From positions 1 to 35,181 of the IMG/VR virus record IMGVR_UViG_3300032243_001021: DNA of 35,181 nt; one strand, 5' to 3'. The stretch is from a virus. Its lineage: Duplodnaviria; Caudoviricetes. Positions 15,742 to 25,097 of the stretch are shown here, in pieces. The notes below the pieces were generated by a model that did not search any database, had not been told where the DNA came from, and was given only the letters and a program-made list of their open reading frames with translations. The first letter of the stretch is position 1. Each line of letters begins with the position of its first letter. Both the position numbers and the translations under genes were made by a program.

Positions 15742-16128
15742 ATGTGCGGAGGACGGCCACGCTCACCCAAGGTGGTGCAGGAGGCAGCGCCTGACTACAG
15801 CGCCCAGCTGCAACAGCAGCAGCAGGCGCAGGCCCAGATGCAGCAGCAGAACGCCACCTTGGTGCAGCAGCTGCAGGAGCAAGCCAATGCCATGGCCGCC
15901 GAAACGGCCAAGCGGCAGGCGGAACTGGCTGCCCCATTGCCAGGGCCGAAGACGGTCACCAACGCCAACCCCTACGCCGTCACCACCGCGCAGGGAACGG
16001 CCGGCGCCGCCCAGGAGCAGATCACAGCACCAGCCGCCCCCCGCAAGAAGGGCAACAAGGCCAGCCTCCAGATCAACAGCGCTGACATCAGCCTGCCTGG
16101 CGTTGGCCTCAACATCGGGGTCGGCTGA
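15742..16128 (+). CDS. Small virion/ejection protein (gp6.7/7.3-like), MCGG start
   Basis: MCGGRP...SLQIN...GVGLNIGVG; directly before the portal. Confidence 0.75.
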   Translation: MCGGRPRSPKVVQEAAPDYSAQLQQQQQAQAQMQQQNATLVQQLQEQANAMAAETAKRQAELAAPLPGPKTVTNANPYAVTTAQGTAGAAQEQITAPAAPRKKGNKASLQINSADISLPGVGLNIGVG

Positions 16129-17816
16129 TGGAACGCGGCACGGGCGAGATCGTCGTTTCCCCTGAGAGCCAGGGCCTGCAGCGGGGCACAGCGCAGCGCC
16201 GGTACAACCAGCTCCGGGGCTATAGGGATGCGTGGCTGGATCGGGCCCGCCGTTCCGCGAAGCTCACGCTGCCGTACCTGATCCCTCCGAGCGACGAGAT
16301 CCTGCCGGAAACGACCGAGGAGCAGCCGCATCCGTGGTCAGGTATCGGCGCCCAGGGGGTCAACAACCTGGCGGCCAGGCTGCTACTGGCCCTGCTGCCC
16401 CCCACCGGGGGCTTCTTCCGGCTGACCGGCGATGAGCTGAAATCGGCCATGGCGGAGGCCGATCTGGTGCAGCGCGGCGCCACCGAGGCTGACATTGCCT
16501 CCTTGAAGCAGGAGATCGAGAAGGGCCTGGCCACCCTGGAGCGGGCGGTCGCCAGGGAGATCGAGACGTGCAACGACCGGGTGGCCCTGTTCGAGTCGTT
16601 GATGCACCTGATCGTCGGCGGTGCGGTACTGCTCTACCGCCGGCCCAAGGGGATGAAGGTCTTCCACCTCAACAAGCACGTCCTGCTGCGTGACCCGATG
16701 GGCAGCCCCGTCGAGGCGGTGACCTGTGAGACGTATTTGTACGCCAGCCTGGACAAGAAGCTCAAGGCGGTGCTGGACGAGGTGGATCAGCAGGCCGGCA
16801 AATGGCAGGAGGACAATGCACGCCGCGACTCCAGGCAGGTCAAGGTCTTCACTCATATCAAGTGGAGCAACGAATCCGTTACTTGGTATCAGGAGATTGG
16901 CGGCGCCAAGGTGCCGGAGTCAGATGGAAACACCCCCGCTGACGCCAGCGCTTGGATCCCCCTACGCCTGTTCCGCATGGATGGCGACAGCTATGGCCCC
17001 GGCTACGTCGAGTGGACGGCCCTGGCTGATCTGCTCAGCAACGATGCGCTGAACAAGGCGGTCACCGAGGGGGCCATGCAGGCTGCCCGCCAGCTGATCG
17101 GCCGGAAGGGGTCGGCCATCACCAGCAAGGAGGTGTTTGCCAAGGCTCCCAACGGGGCGGTGATTGACGCGCAGCCCGATGATTTTTTCCCGATCAGCAC
17201 GGCCGACGTGCGCGATCTGGGGGTGGCTTACCAGGCCATGACCAGGCTGGAGCAACGGCTGGGCAGGATCTTCCTGTTGCCAGACATCCGCGACTCCGAG
17301 CGCACCACGGCCGAGGAAGTGAAACTGCAGATCCGGCAGATCGAGCAGATGCTTGGCTCCATCTATTCAATTTTAACCGTCGAGTTCCAGTACCCGTACA
17401 TCAAGAGGGTGTTGTCAATAATGACCAAGGGCAACCGGCTGCCGGAGTTGAAGGATGTCGAGCCGGTGATCTCCGTGGGCCTCGCCGCCCTGGGCCGCCA
17501 GTCCGATGCCGAGAAGCTGTCAGCCTTCGCCATGCAAGGCGGGCATGCGCTGCCGCAGCAGTTCGGCCAGCTGGTCGATCCAGCTGCCTGGCTGCGTGAG
17601 TTCTGCACCGCCATGGGTGTGAACCCATTGCTGGTGAAGTCCGACAAGCGGATCCAGGAGGAGCAGGCTGCCGCGGCCCAGGCGCAGCAGCAGCAGCAGC
17701 TGATCCAGGCCGGCATGGGCGATCCCCAGAAGCTGGGCAACGCCGCCATGGCGGTGCAGCAGATGGCCAACCCACAACCTGACAACCAGTCCCAACCCGA
17801 CACCCAACCCCAATGA
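16128..17816 (+). CDS. gp8: Head-tail connector (portal)
   Basis: LTLPYLIP, GAQGVNNLAARLLLALLPP, RDSERTTAEEV, LGSIYSILTVEFQ, GLAALGR. Confidence 0.97.
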   Translation: MERGTGEIVVSPESQGLQRGTAQRRYNQLRGYRDAWLDRARRSAKLTLPYLIPPSDEILPETTEEQPHPWSGIGAQGVNNLAARLLLALLPPTGGFFRLTGDELKSAMAEADLVQRGATEADIASLKQEIEKGLATLERAVAREIETCNDRVALFESLMHLIVGGAVLLYRRPKGMKVFHLNKHVLLRDPMGSPVEAVTCETYLYASLDKKLKAVLDEVDQQAGKWQEDNARRDSRQVKVFTHIKWSNESVTWYQEIGGAKVPESDGNTPADASAWIPLRLFRMDGDSYGPGYVEWTALADLLSNDALNKAVTEGAMQAARQLIGRKGSAITSKEVFAKAPNGAVIDAQPDDFFPISTADVRDLGVAYQAMTRLEQRLGRIFLLPDIRDSERTTAEEVKLQIRQIEQMLGSIYSILTVEFQYPYIKRVLSIMTKGNRLPELKDVEPVISVGLAALGRQSDAEKLSAFAMQGGHALPQQFGQLVDPAAWLREFCTAMGVNPLLVKSDKRIQEEQAAAAQAQQQQQLIQAGMGDPQKLGNAAMAVQQMANPQPDNQSQPDTQPQ

Positions 17817-18754
17817 CCACCGAAACCCCGGCAGCAGAAGCGAAGACGCTGGATCAGATCGAAGCCCCTGCTGAGTTGAAGCAGATGGTGGATCCCTCCA
17901 GCCCGCGCCAGGCGGCGATTCTCGATCAATTCCTCAATGACCTTGGTGTTGCCGATGGTGAGCCGGCACCGGCTCCGGAGGAGGAGGCCGCCAAGCCCAA
18001 GAAGCTGGCCGGCAAGTACGACTCACCCGAGCAGCTGGAGAAGGCCTACCAAGAGCTGCAGCGGAAGCTGGGCCAGAAGGCTGAGCAGTCCGCGCCACCG
18101 GAGGCCCCGGCCCCCGCACCTGAGGAGTACACCCAGGAGCGTGGCGTGGAGGTCTATGGCGAAACCGTGGCGACCGCCATCGAGGCAGCTGAGATCAACC
18201 CGTTTGAGATGGCCGCAAAGCTGGAGGCCGGCGAGGACGTGGCCACCTATGTCGATGCCCTGGTGGAGAAGGGCGGGCTGCCACGGGATCTGGTGGAAAC
18301 GTATTTGGCGGGTGTGAAGCCCCAGGCCCCAGCTACCACTGAGGCTGCCAAAGCGGTGTCCCTCAACGAGAACCCTGAAGCTGTGGCTGCCCTCCGGCAA
18401 TCGGTTGGTGGCGATGCAGCGTTCGAGCAGCTGTCCCGCTGGGCTGGCGCCAACCTCAGCGATGCCGAGAAGGCCGACTACCAGGCTGCCGTGGATTCAG
18501 GCAATGTCCTGGCTGCTCAGTGGGCGCTGCGGGCCATACAGGCACGGGCCACCGGGACCAAGGCCGAGCCCGACTTCCTTGGTGGCGGTGCTCAGACCAG
18601 CGAGCCAGCCGACACCTACGAAACCCGCAGCGACTGGCAAAAGGACAGGTACGCCAAAGACGACAACGGCAATGAGCTGTATGGGAGGGACGAGTCGCAC
18701 CAGCGCCGGGTGGACGCAAAGCATCAACGCTCCAAACGTGCAGGGAAGTGGTAA
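17813..18754 (+). CDS. gp9: Capsid assembly scaffolding protein
   Basis: LAGKYDSPEQLEKAYQELQRKLG and VGGDAAFEQLSRWA; acidic; between portal and capsid. Confidence 0.92.
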   Translation: MTTETPAAEAKTLDQIEAPAELKQMVDPSSPRQAAILDQFLNDLGVADGEPAPAPEEEAAKPKKLAGKYDSPEQLEKAYQELQRKLGQKAEQSAPPEAPAPAPEEYTQERGVEVYGETVATAIEAAEINPFEMAAKLEAGEDVATYVDALVEKGGLPRDLVETYLAGVKPQAPATTEAAKAVSLNENPEAVAALRQSVGGDAAFEQLSRWAGANLSDAEKADYQAAVDSGNVLAAQWALRAIQARATGTKAEPDFLGGGAQTSEPADTYETRSDWQKDRYAKDDNGNELYGRDESHQRRVDAKHQRSKRAGKW

Positions 18755-18787
18755 CTTTTAAGCGGATCGTTCCACCCTTGTAGTCAT

Positions 18788-18814
18788 TAGGGCCGCCTGC
18801 GGGCGATACCCCTA
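18788..18814 (+). promoter_or_regulatory. Stem-loop in the capsid 5' leader
   Basis: TAGGG-C-CGCC[TGCG]GGCG-ATAC-CCCTA. Confidence 0.5.
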
Positions 18815-18869
18815 GATAGGCGGGAGGCGTTGGGTTCCAAGCAAAGAACTCTCCACCGCTTTTTTCATC

Positions 18870-19895
18870 ATGTCTGCTGATACTCTCGCGCTAGCCAGAC
18901 TTGGCCAGCAAAAAGGCACAGGCTCCGTTGATGCCCTGTTCCTTGACCTTGGCAGTGACGAACTGCTGACTGCCTACGACAAAAAGAAGGTTTTCTCCTC
19001 CACTGTGAAGGAGCAAACGATCAAGGGTGGGCGCTCCATGCGCTTCATCGTGACAGGCCGCAGGGCTGCGTCGTATCACACGCCAGGCGCCATCATTGAT
19101 GGAACCACCAACAGCCCGTCTGACATCAACAGCCGGATCCTGTACCTGGATGGTTTGCTGCAGGCCAGTGAAACCATCTACGACCTGGACGAACTGCGCG
19201 AATACCCGTCCACCAGGGCGGAGATTATGCACCAGTTGGGCCAGGCCCTGGCTGATGAGCGTGAGGCACGGATTGCCCGTGTTCTGTTTGCCGCAGCCGG
19301 CACCTCCACGGAACCACTGGCCAAGACCATTAACGCCGGCCGCACTGGCGACAAGATCACCCTGACATCCGGCGCTGGCGGCTTTGCCACCAAGACCGAT
19401 CAGGGCAAAGGCGATGAGCTTCACGACGCCATCCGCAACATGGTGATCCTGAAGCAAAAGAAGCACGTCCCCACCGAAAACATGGCGGTGGTCGTGACTC
19501 CTGACGCTGCCGGCTACCTCTACGCCTCCACGCGAGTCATTAACCAGGACTTCAACGGAGGCACGGGCCTTAATGGCACCGTGCGTGAGGCCTTTGCTGG
19601 CCGCATCTATGGCGTGCCCGTCTACTGGAGCAACTTCGTCAGCCAGTCGGCTTACACGCTGGTCACCGGGGACAACGCCAACTCGGTGTATGCCCAGGAT
19701 CTGAGCAAGTGCGTGGCCCTGGTTTACCACCGGGATGCCATGGGGGTGCTCAACCTCCGGCAGCCCAAGCTGCAAATGACCGCTTCTGGCGGCGACTACA
19801 ACGTGATGTACCAATCGCAGCTGTTGGTGGCCTCCATGGCCCTGGGCATGGGCGTACTCGCCCCTGAGTGCGCTGGAGCGATCGTCACTCCCTAA
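18870..19895 (+). CDS. gp10: Major capsid protein
   Basis: ALFL...TIKGGRSMRF..GR...YHTPG...IYDLDE...GQALA; GMGVLAPECA C-terminus. Confidence 0.97.
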   Translation: MSADTLALARLGQQKGTGSVDALFLDLGSDELLTAYDKKKVFSSTVKEQTIKGGRSMRFIVTGRRAASYHTPGAIIDGTTNSPSDINSRILYLDGLLQASETIYDLDELREYPSTRAEIMHQLGQALADEREARIARVLFAAAGTSTEPLAKTINAGRTGDKITLTSGAGGFATKTDQGKGDELHDAIRNMVILKQKKHVPTENMAVVVTPDAAGYLYASTRVINQDFNGGTGLNGTVREAFAGRIYGVPVYWSNFVSQSAYTLVTGDNANSVYAQDLSKCVALVYHRDAMGVLNLRQPKLQMTASGGDYNVMYQSQLLVASMALGMGVLAPECAGAIVTP

Positions 19896-19921
19896 GCTCC
19901 TCTGGGCGATGAGTGGGACTG

Positions 19922-19955
19922 GACCCCTAGGAGACTGCCCCAGGGGTCTTTTTTT
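19922..19955 (+). terminator. Intrinsic terminator after the capsid gene (T-phi position)
   Basis: GACCCCT...AGGGGTC stem followed by T7. Confidence 0.85.
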
Positions 19956-19996
19956 GCGCGTGTCGGTAGGATTGATCTGCACGCCTGAAGCCTTCT

Positions 19997-22567
19997 ATGG
20001 GCCTGGCTAACCAAACCGTCGTGCCTGGACGCACCACCCTGCTGGAGGCGGTGAACGTTTGCTTGGCCGTGATCGGTGAGGCGCCGGTCAACACCCTGGA
20101 GACTCAGCAGGTAGGGGAGGCAGCTCAGGCTGAGCGCACCCTGCTCGAATACTGCAAGGAGGGGCAGACCCGCGGCTGGTCCTGGAACCGTGAGCGGGCC
20201 GTGTCCTTCTACCGGGATGCCGTTTCCGGGGAGGTGCTGATCCCGCCCAGCGTGGTGAAGTGGGCCCCCAGTCGGCTGGATTGGAACAACCGTTTTCAGG
20301 CCAGGGGCAGCCGGGTCTACGACCGCGAGGAGCGCAGCTATTCGATCCCGGCGACCATCGCCTCGATCGAGGCGGACATCGTTTCGCTGCTGCCCTGGGA
20401 CGACTGCCCCGAGGTGTTCAACCGCTGGGCAACCATCCGTGCAGCACGGGTGTTCAGCAACCGGGCGGTTGGCAACACGACCACCTACCAGCTCACCCAG
20501 TCAGATGAAGACGCGGCATGGGCCGATCTGCTGCGGGTGGACACCGAGCAGGCTCAGCCCAACGCCATCACTGGAGAGGAGGCCTGGGCCACGTTCCGGC
20601 CGGCCATGGGCCTGGGGCGGCGGAATGGTGGCAGCGCTGGCTGGGGTGCTTACGGGGGTGGCGGCCTGGGCGGCACCAGCAGCGGGGTCACCCTGCCCCA
20701 GGCCCTGGGGCCTGACGCATCACCAACGTTTGCGGGGCTGACCCTTTCCGCCTTCTCCACCTTCTCAGGCCAGCTGTGCGTGCTGGGCACCAACGGGGCC
20801 ATCAATCCATTGCCGCTGGGCAGTGGCCTCTCGATCGTTGGCGGTGCGCTGGTTTCCTCCGGTAGTTATGGTGGCAGCGGCACGGTCACCAGCGTTGGCC
20901 TGAGCCTGCCTGCCCTTTTCTTGGTCACCGGCTCCCCGGTCACCAGCGACGGCACGCTCACCGCCACCTTGGCCACGCAGAGCGCCAACCTCGTCTGGGC
21001 TGGCCCAACCACGGGTGTGGCCGCCGCTCCGGCCTTCCGCACTCTGGTGGCCGCTGACTTGCCTGCCACGACCGTGACGACTGGCTCGTATGGCTCGGCG
21101 TCAAGCGTCTCGACATTCACTGTTGACGCTGCTGGCCGCCTGACGGTCGCGGGTTCAACCGCCATCGCTATTGCATCCACTGCCGTGTCCGGCCTGGCAA
21201 CTGTGGCCACCAGTGGATCGGCGACTGACCTGGCGACTGGCACCCTCCCAGCGGCAAGGCTCCCGGCCACGGCGGTGAGCGCTGGCAGCTACACCTACGG
21301 CAGCTTCACGGTCGATGCCGCAGGCAGGCTCACAGCGGCCAGCAACGGCACGGTGCCAATCGCATCGGTCCTCACCGGGTTCACCAGCGGCGCCGGAACG
21401 GTCGCGGCCACCGATTCAATTCTGCAGGCGATCCAGAAGCTTGACGGCAACAACGCTGCAAGGGCCACCGCTGGCGCCATCGGCAGCAGCGGCCTGACCA
21501 TGAGCACAGCACGCCTGCTGGGTCGAACCACAGCAACGACGGGTGCGGTCGAGGAGATCAGCATCGGCGCCAACCTGACACTGACAGCCGGTGTCCTGGC
21601 GGCCACTGGCGGACCCGGCGGCAGCACCACGCAAATTCAATACAACAATGCTGGGGCATTTGCGGGTGCAACTAACGTAAAGATTACATCAAATAACCTT
21701 CAGCTAACCACCCCAGGTAGCGCCCCTGCTGCGGCAGATGCGTCCAGTGTTGTGGTCTATCCGGCCAGCCTGGCTGACCGATTCATGGTTGCCATGCGTG
21801 GCCCGACGGGCGCTGCAACGTTGTTGCAGCCGAGCATTTTTAGCAACAACATCATGTTGTTTGCTCCGCAGAGCGGCACGGTCGGGACCGGAAGCAGCGC
21901 CTTCCAGACAGCATGGACATCTAACGGAACGGTGACCCATCCGACACCAGCCGCCACCGACGTAGCAAGTTCTGGCAGGCGCACAGCTTATACAAACGTC
22001 GTCACAACCACAAACCAGCAGCTAGGGCCAAGGTTTAACACCGACTCCGAAAGGTGTTTTTTCAGGGGCAACGTTGCCAGCACGGGAGGCTTCTTCTACT
22101 TTTCTCGATTTCGCATCACCTGCCCCGCTGCAACAGTACGGCTATTTTCGGGACTGCAAGGAGTCTCGGCATCAAACTCTGTATGCACTACTGATACCCC
22201 GACTGGCCCATATTGTGGCCTTGCTCATATCACCACCGACCCATCGACCGGATCTGGCGCGCTGAGCTTTGTCACTCACGACGGTACGACCAGGAACGCA
22301 CTTGCAATCAACCTCACAGCAGACTTGGTGACCAACTCCCCACTACTGGAGTTCAGCATGTATTGCGCTCCAAACGGTGGCACTATTTTCTTCAGGTTGG
22401 ACGACGTAAGCAACGGAGTTACTTACACCAACTCCACAACGGCCAACCTTCCAGGCGCAACGGTAATAATGTCTCCACAGTGCCAAGCCAGCAACGGCAC
22501 TGCAAACGTCACAGTTAGCACCGTGTTCATGAACGTGTACAAGATATATGTCGAGAGTGTCTACTGA
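19997..22567 (+). CDS. gp11: Tail tubular protein A (gp11) fused to a tail-fibre-like extension
   Basis: The first ~200 aa are gp11-like (LEAVNVCLAVIGEAPVNTL, QTRGWSWN, IRAARVF); then a Gly linker and Gly/Thr/Ala fibre-type repeats; single open frame of 856 aa. Confidence 0.88.
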   Translation: MGLANQTVVPGRTTLLEAVNVCLAVIGEAPVNTLETQQVGEAAQAERTLLEYCKEGQTRGWSWNRERAVSFYRDAVSGEVLIPPSVVKWAPSRLDWNNRFQARGSRVYDREERSYSIPATIASIEADIVSLLPWDDCPEVFNRWATIRAARVFSNRAVGNTTTYQLTQSDEDAAWADLLRVDTEQAQPNAITGEEAWATFRPAMGLGRRNGGSAGWGAYGGGGLGGTSSGVTLPQALGPDASPTFAGLTLSAFSTFSGQLCVLGTNGAINPLPLGSGLSIVGGALVSSGSYGGSGTVTSVGLSLPALFLVTGSPVTSDGTLTATLATQSANLVWAGPTTGVAAAPAFRTLVAADLPATTVTTGSYGSASSVSTFTVDAAGRLTVAGSTAIAIASTAVSGLATVATSGSATDLATGTLPAARLPATAVSAGSYTYGSFTVDAAGRLTAASNGTVPIASVLTGFTSGAGTVAATDSILQAIQKLDGNNAARATAGAIGSSGLTMSTARLLGRTTATTGAVEEISIGANLTLTAGVLAATGGPGGSTTQIQYNNAGAFAGATNVKITSNNLQLTTPGSAPAAADASSVVVYPASLADRFMVAMRGPTGAATLLQPSIFSNNIMLFAPQSGTVGTGSSAFQTAWTSNGTVTHPTPAATDVASSGRRTAYTNVVTTTNQQLGPRFNTDSERCFFRGNVASTGGFFYFSRFRITCPAATVRLFSGLQGVSASNSVCTTDTPTGPYCGLAHITTDPSTGSGALSFVTHDGTTRNALAINLTADLVTNSPLLEFSMYCAPNGGTIFFRLDDVSNGVTYTNSTTANLPGATVIMSPQCQASNGTANVTVSTVFMNVYKIYVESVY

Positions 22568-22601
22568 TGGAGCCAAACTACGCTGGTTTCTGGGCGGCAG
22601 A

Positions 22602-25097
22602 ATGACACTCAACAGCTATTCCATTCCGAATCTGATCCAGGGGGTCAGCCAGCAGTCGGATTCGCAGCGCGACCCGTCCCAAGGGGAGGCGCAAGTTAAT
22701 GGCTATTCATCATTGACGGATGGCCTTAGGAAACGAGCTGGGACCAGTGTGATCCGTCAGCTCAGCACCACGTCGCTGGGCGATGTCTTTTTTCACTCAA
22801 TCCTGCGGGACAGCGGCGAGAAATACCTGGTGGTGATCGGCAAGACCGCGATCCGGGTGTTTGATCTGGACGGGATCGAGAAGGTGGTCGGCGCTCCATC
22901 GGGGTACAGCTACCTGTCCACGGTGACCAGCTGTGCCACTGACATCCGGTGCGCCTCGATTGCGGATTACACCTTCATCAGCAGCGTCAAGCGAATACCC
23001 CGGCCAGTAACCACGGCGCTGGCGCCAGCAACGCCCAGGCCGGCCACCAACGAGGCCCTGGTGTGGGTCAAGGCCGCCAACTACGGGCAGACTTACAAGG
23101 TGTCGGTGAACGGCACGCTGGCCACCGTCACAACTCCGGTGCAGGCCGTGGTCACCAGCGGCGGCACGGCGACTGAGAACCGAATCAGCACGGCCGACAT
23201 CGCTGAGTCGATCAAGACGGCCCTAGCCAGCGTGAGCGGGGTGACGATTGTTCGAGAGGGGTCGGTGCTGCATCTGAAATCAAGCAGCGCCATCACGGTG
23301 GCAGCGACCGATGCCAGGGCCAACGCCGACATCACGGCCATCACCAGCACGGTGCAGGCGTTCACCGATCTACCGACCATCGCCCCAGTTGGGTATCAGG
23401 TGGAGGTGGTGGGCGATCCCACCAACAAGTACGACGGCTATTTCGTGAGCTTTGTGCCCCGAGGCGCCACCGCCACCTTTGGCGAGGGGACGTGGCAGGA
23501 GTGCGTGGCCCCCGGCATGCCCTATCAGTTGGATGCCGACTCGATGCCCCAGCTGTTGGTGCGGCTTGCTGATGGCACCTTCTATTTTGGGCCCGCCAAT
23601 GGCACCACCCAGGGCGGCACCACGATCCCGACTTGGGGGAAGCGCACGGCCGGCGACTTCGACACCGCTCCCGACCCGAGCTTCATTGGACACCCGATCC
23701 AGGACGTGTTCATCCACCGGAACCGGCTGGGCCTGTTGGCTGACGAGAATGTAATCCTCAGCAGGGCAAAGAGCTTTTTCGATTTCTTCCCGGAAACGGT
23801 TACAACGGTGCTCGACACCGATCCGATCGACCTTTCCGCCAGCAGCAACCGGGTCAGTGTGCTGCGTCATGCCGTCCCCAACCAGGACGAACTGCTCCTG
23901 TTCTCCGATCAGCTGCAGTTCCGTCTGAGCAGCGATGCCGCGGGCCTCACACCGGCCAGCGCCGCAACGAGCATGCTGACGGCGTTTGAGGTGGATACAG
24001 CTGTCAGGCCGCTGCAGGCAGCTTCTGGGATCGTGTTCGCCCAAACCAATGGCAGCTGGTCCCAGTTCCGGGAGTTCAGTATCCGCAATGTGGGAAGCTC
24101 GCAGGTTGGATCGGCGCCGAGCCTGACGGATCACGTCCCCACCTTTATCCCAGCTGGAGTGACCCAGCTGACCGGTAACGACGCGGCCGGCGTGTGGTTT
24201 GCCATCACCACTGCGGCCCAGAACCGGATCTACGTCTACAAGTATTCGGATCGCGGCGGTGCCCAGGGCGTGGAGCGGATCCAGCGCAGCTGGTCGTACT
24301 GGCAGCTGAACGGGGCCAGTCGGGTGCTGCAGATCCTGTGCGTGCTGGAGACGTTGTACCTGCTGACCGAATACCCAGATGGCAGCGTCTGGCTGGAGCG
24401 TATGCCGGTGGCTGACCGGCTGAGCACCGATTCGCTGACCACGTTGCTACTGGATCGAGCGGTGACCACCACCACGGCGACACCAGCAGTTGCACGGGTC
24501 GCCAGCGGCATCTACGACGCCATCAACAAGACCACGACTTGGACCCTGCCCTACACAGCAGCGGCAACCACGCAGGCCTGGAGCTTGTACGGCCCTGGGC
24601 AGAACGGCGGCAAGTTCCTGGGCACCATCAGCAGCGGCAAAACGATCACCGCACGGGGCAACTGGAGCGGCAAGGACGTGATATTTGGTGAGGCGTTTGA
24701 GTTCAAGTACAGGTTCAGCCGGTTCAAGTTGATGCGGGACCAGGGTGGCGGCCGGGTCAGCAGCAATATGGACCGGACGCAGATTCGGCACGCCAGACTC
24801 CGCTATCACGACACGTCGTACTTCAGGGCCGAGGTGACCCCGGAGCGCCGGTCCACAGCCGTCTACACCTTCGACGGTTGGCAGCTGGGGGTACGCAACA
24901 GCCAAGTTGGCAGCACCCTGGGCGACTTCCTCGACATCGAGGACAGGCAGTTCTTCGAGGGGGTGTTCAGCATCCCGATCCAGGCCCGCGGCGAATCCTG
25001 CATCGTGGAGCTGAAGAACGACACGCCGAACCCCTGCATGTTCAGCGGTTGCGACTGGATCGCGCAGATCACCAGCAAGGCCCAGGCGCTCCAATGA
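22602..25097 (+). CDS. gp12: Tail tubular protein B (nozzle)
   Basis: IPNLIQGVSQQ, GLRKR, PSFIG, HRNRLG, ENVILS, DPID, QRSWSYW; ATG at 22602. Confidence 0.96.
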   Translation: MTLNSYSIPNLIQGVSQQSDSQRDPSQGEAQVNGYSSLTDGLRKRAGTSVIRQLSTTSLGDVFFHSILRDSGEKYLVVIGKTAIRVFDLDGIEKVVGAPSGYSYLSTVTSCATDIRCASIADYTFISSVKRIPRPVTTALAPATPRPATNEALVWVKAANYGQTYKVSVNGTLATVTTPVQAVVTSGGTATENRISTADIAESIKTALASVSGVTIVREGSVLHLKSSSAITVAATDARANADITAITSTVQAFTDLPTIAPVGYQVEVVGDPTNKYDGYFVSFVPRGATATFGEGTWQECVAPGMPYQLDADSMPQLLVRLADGTFYFGPANGTTQGGTTIPTWGKRTAGDFDTAPDPSFIGHPIQDVFIHRNRLGLLADENVILSRAKSFFDFFPETVTTVLDTDPIDLSASSNRVSVLRHAVPNQDELLLFSDQLQFRLSSDAAGLTPASAATSMLTAFEVDTAVRPLQAASGIVFAQTNGSWSQFREFSIRNVGSSQVGSAPSLTDHVPTFIPAGVTQLTGNDAAGVWFAITTAAQNRIYVYKYSDRGGAQGVERIQRSWSYWQLNGASRVLQILCVLETLYLLTEYPDGSVWLERMPVADRLSTDSLTTLLLDRAVTTTTATPAVARVASGIYDAINKTTTWTLPYTAAATTQAWSLYGPGQNGGKFLGTISSGKTITARGNWSGKDVIFGEAFEFKYRFSRFKLMRDQGGGRVSSNMDRTQIRHARLRYHDTSYFRAEVTPERRSTAVYTFDGWQLGVRNSQVGSTLGDFLDIEDRQFFEGVFSIPIQARGESCIVELKNDTPNPCMFSGCDWIAQITSKAQALQ

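Noticed and set aside
9919-16127. Photosynthesis or nucleotide auxiliary genes (psbA, hli, nrd, talC)
   Set aside because: No matching motifs in any ORF in this interval, where cyanopodoviruses often carry them.
19860-19920. T7 gp10B-style capsid frameshift extension
   Set aside because: No slippery run near the stop, and a terminator follows closely.
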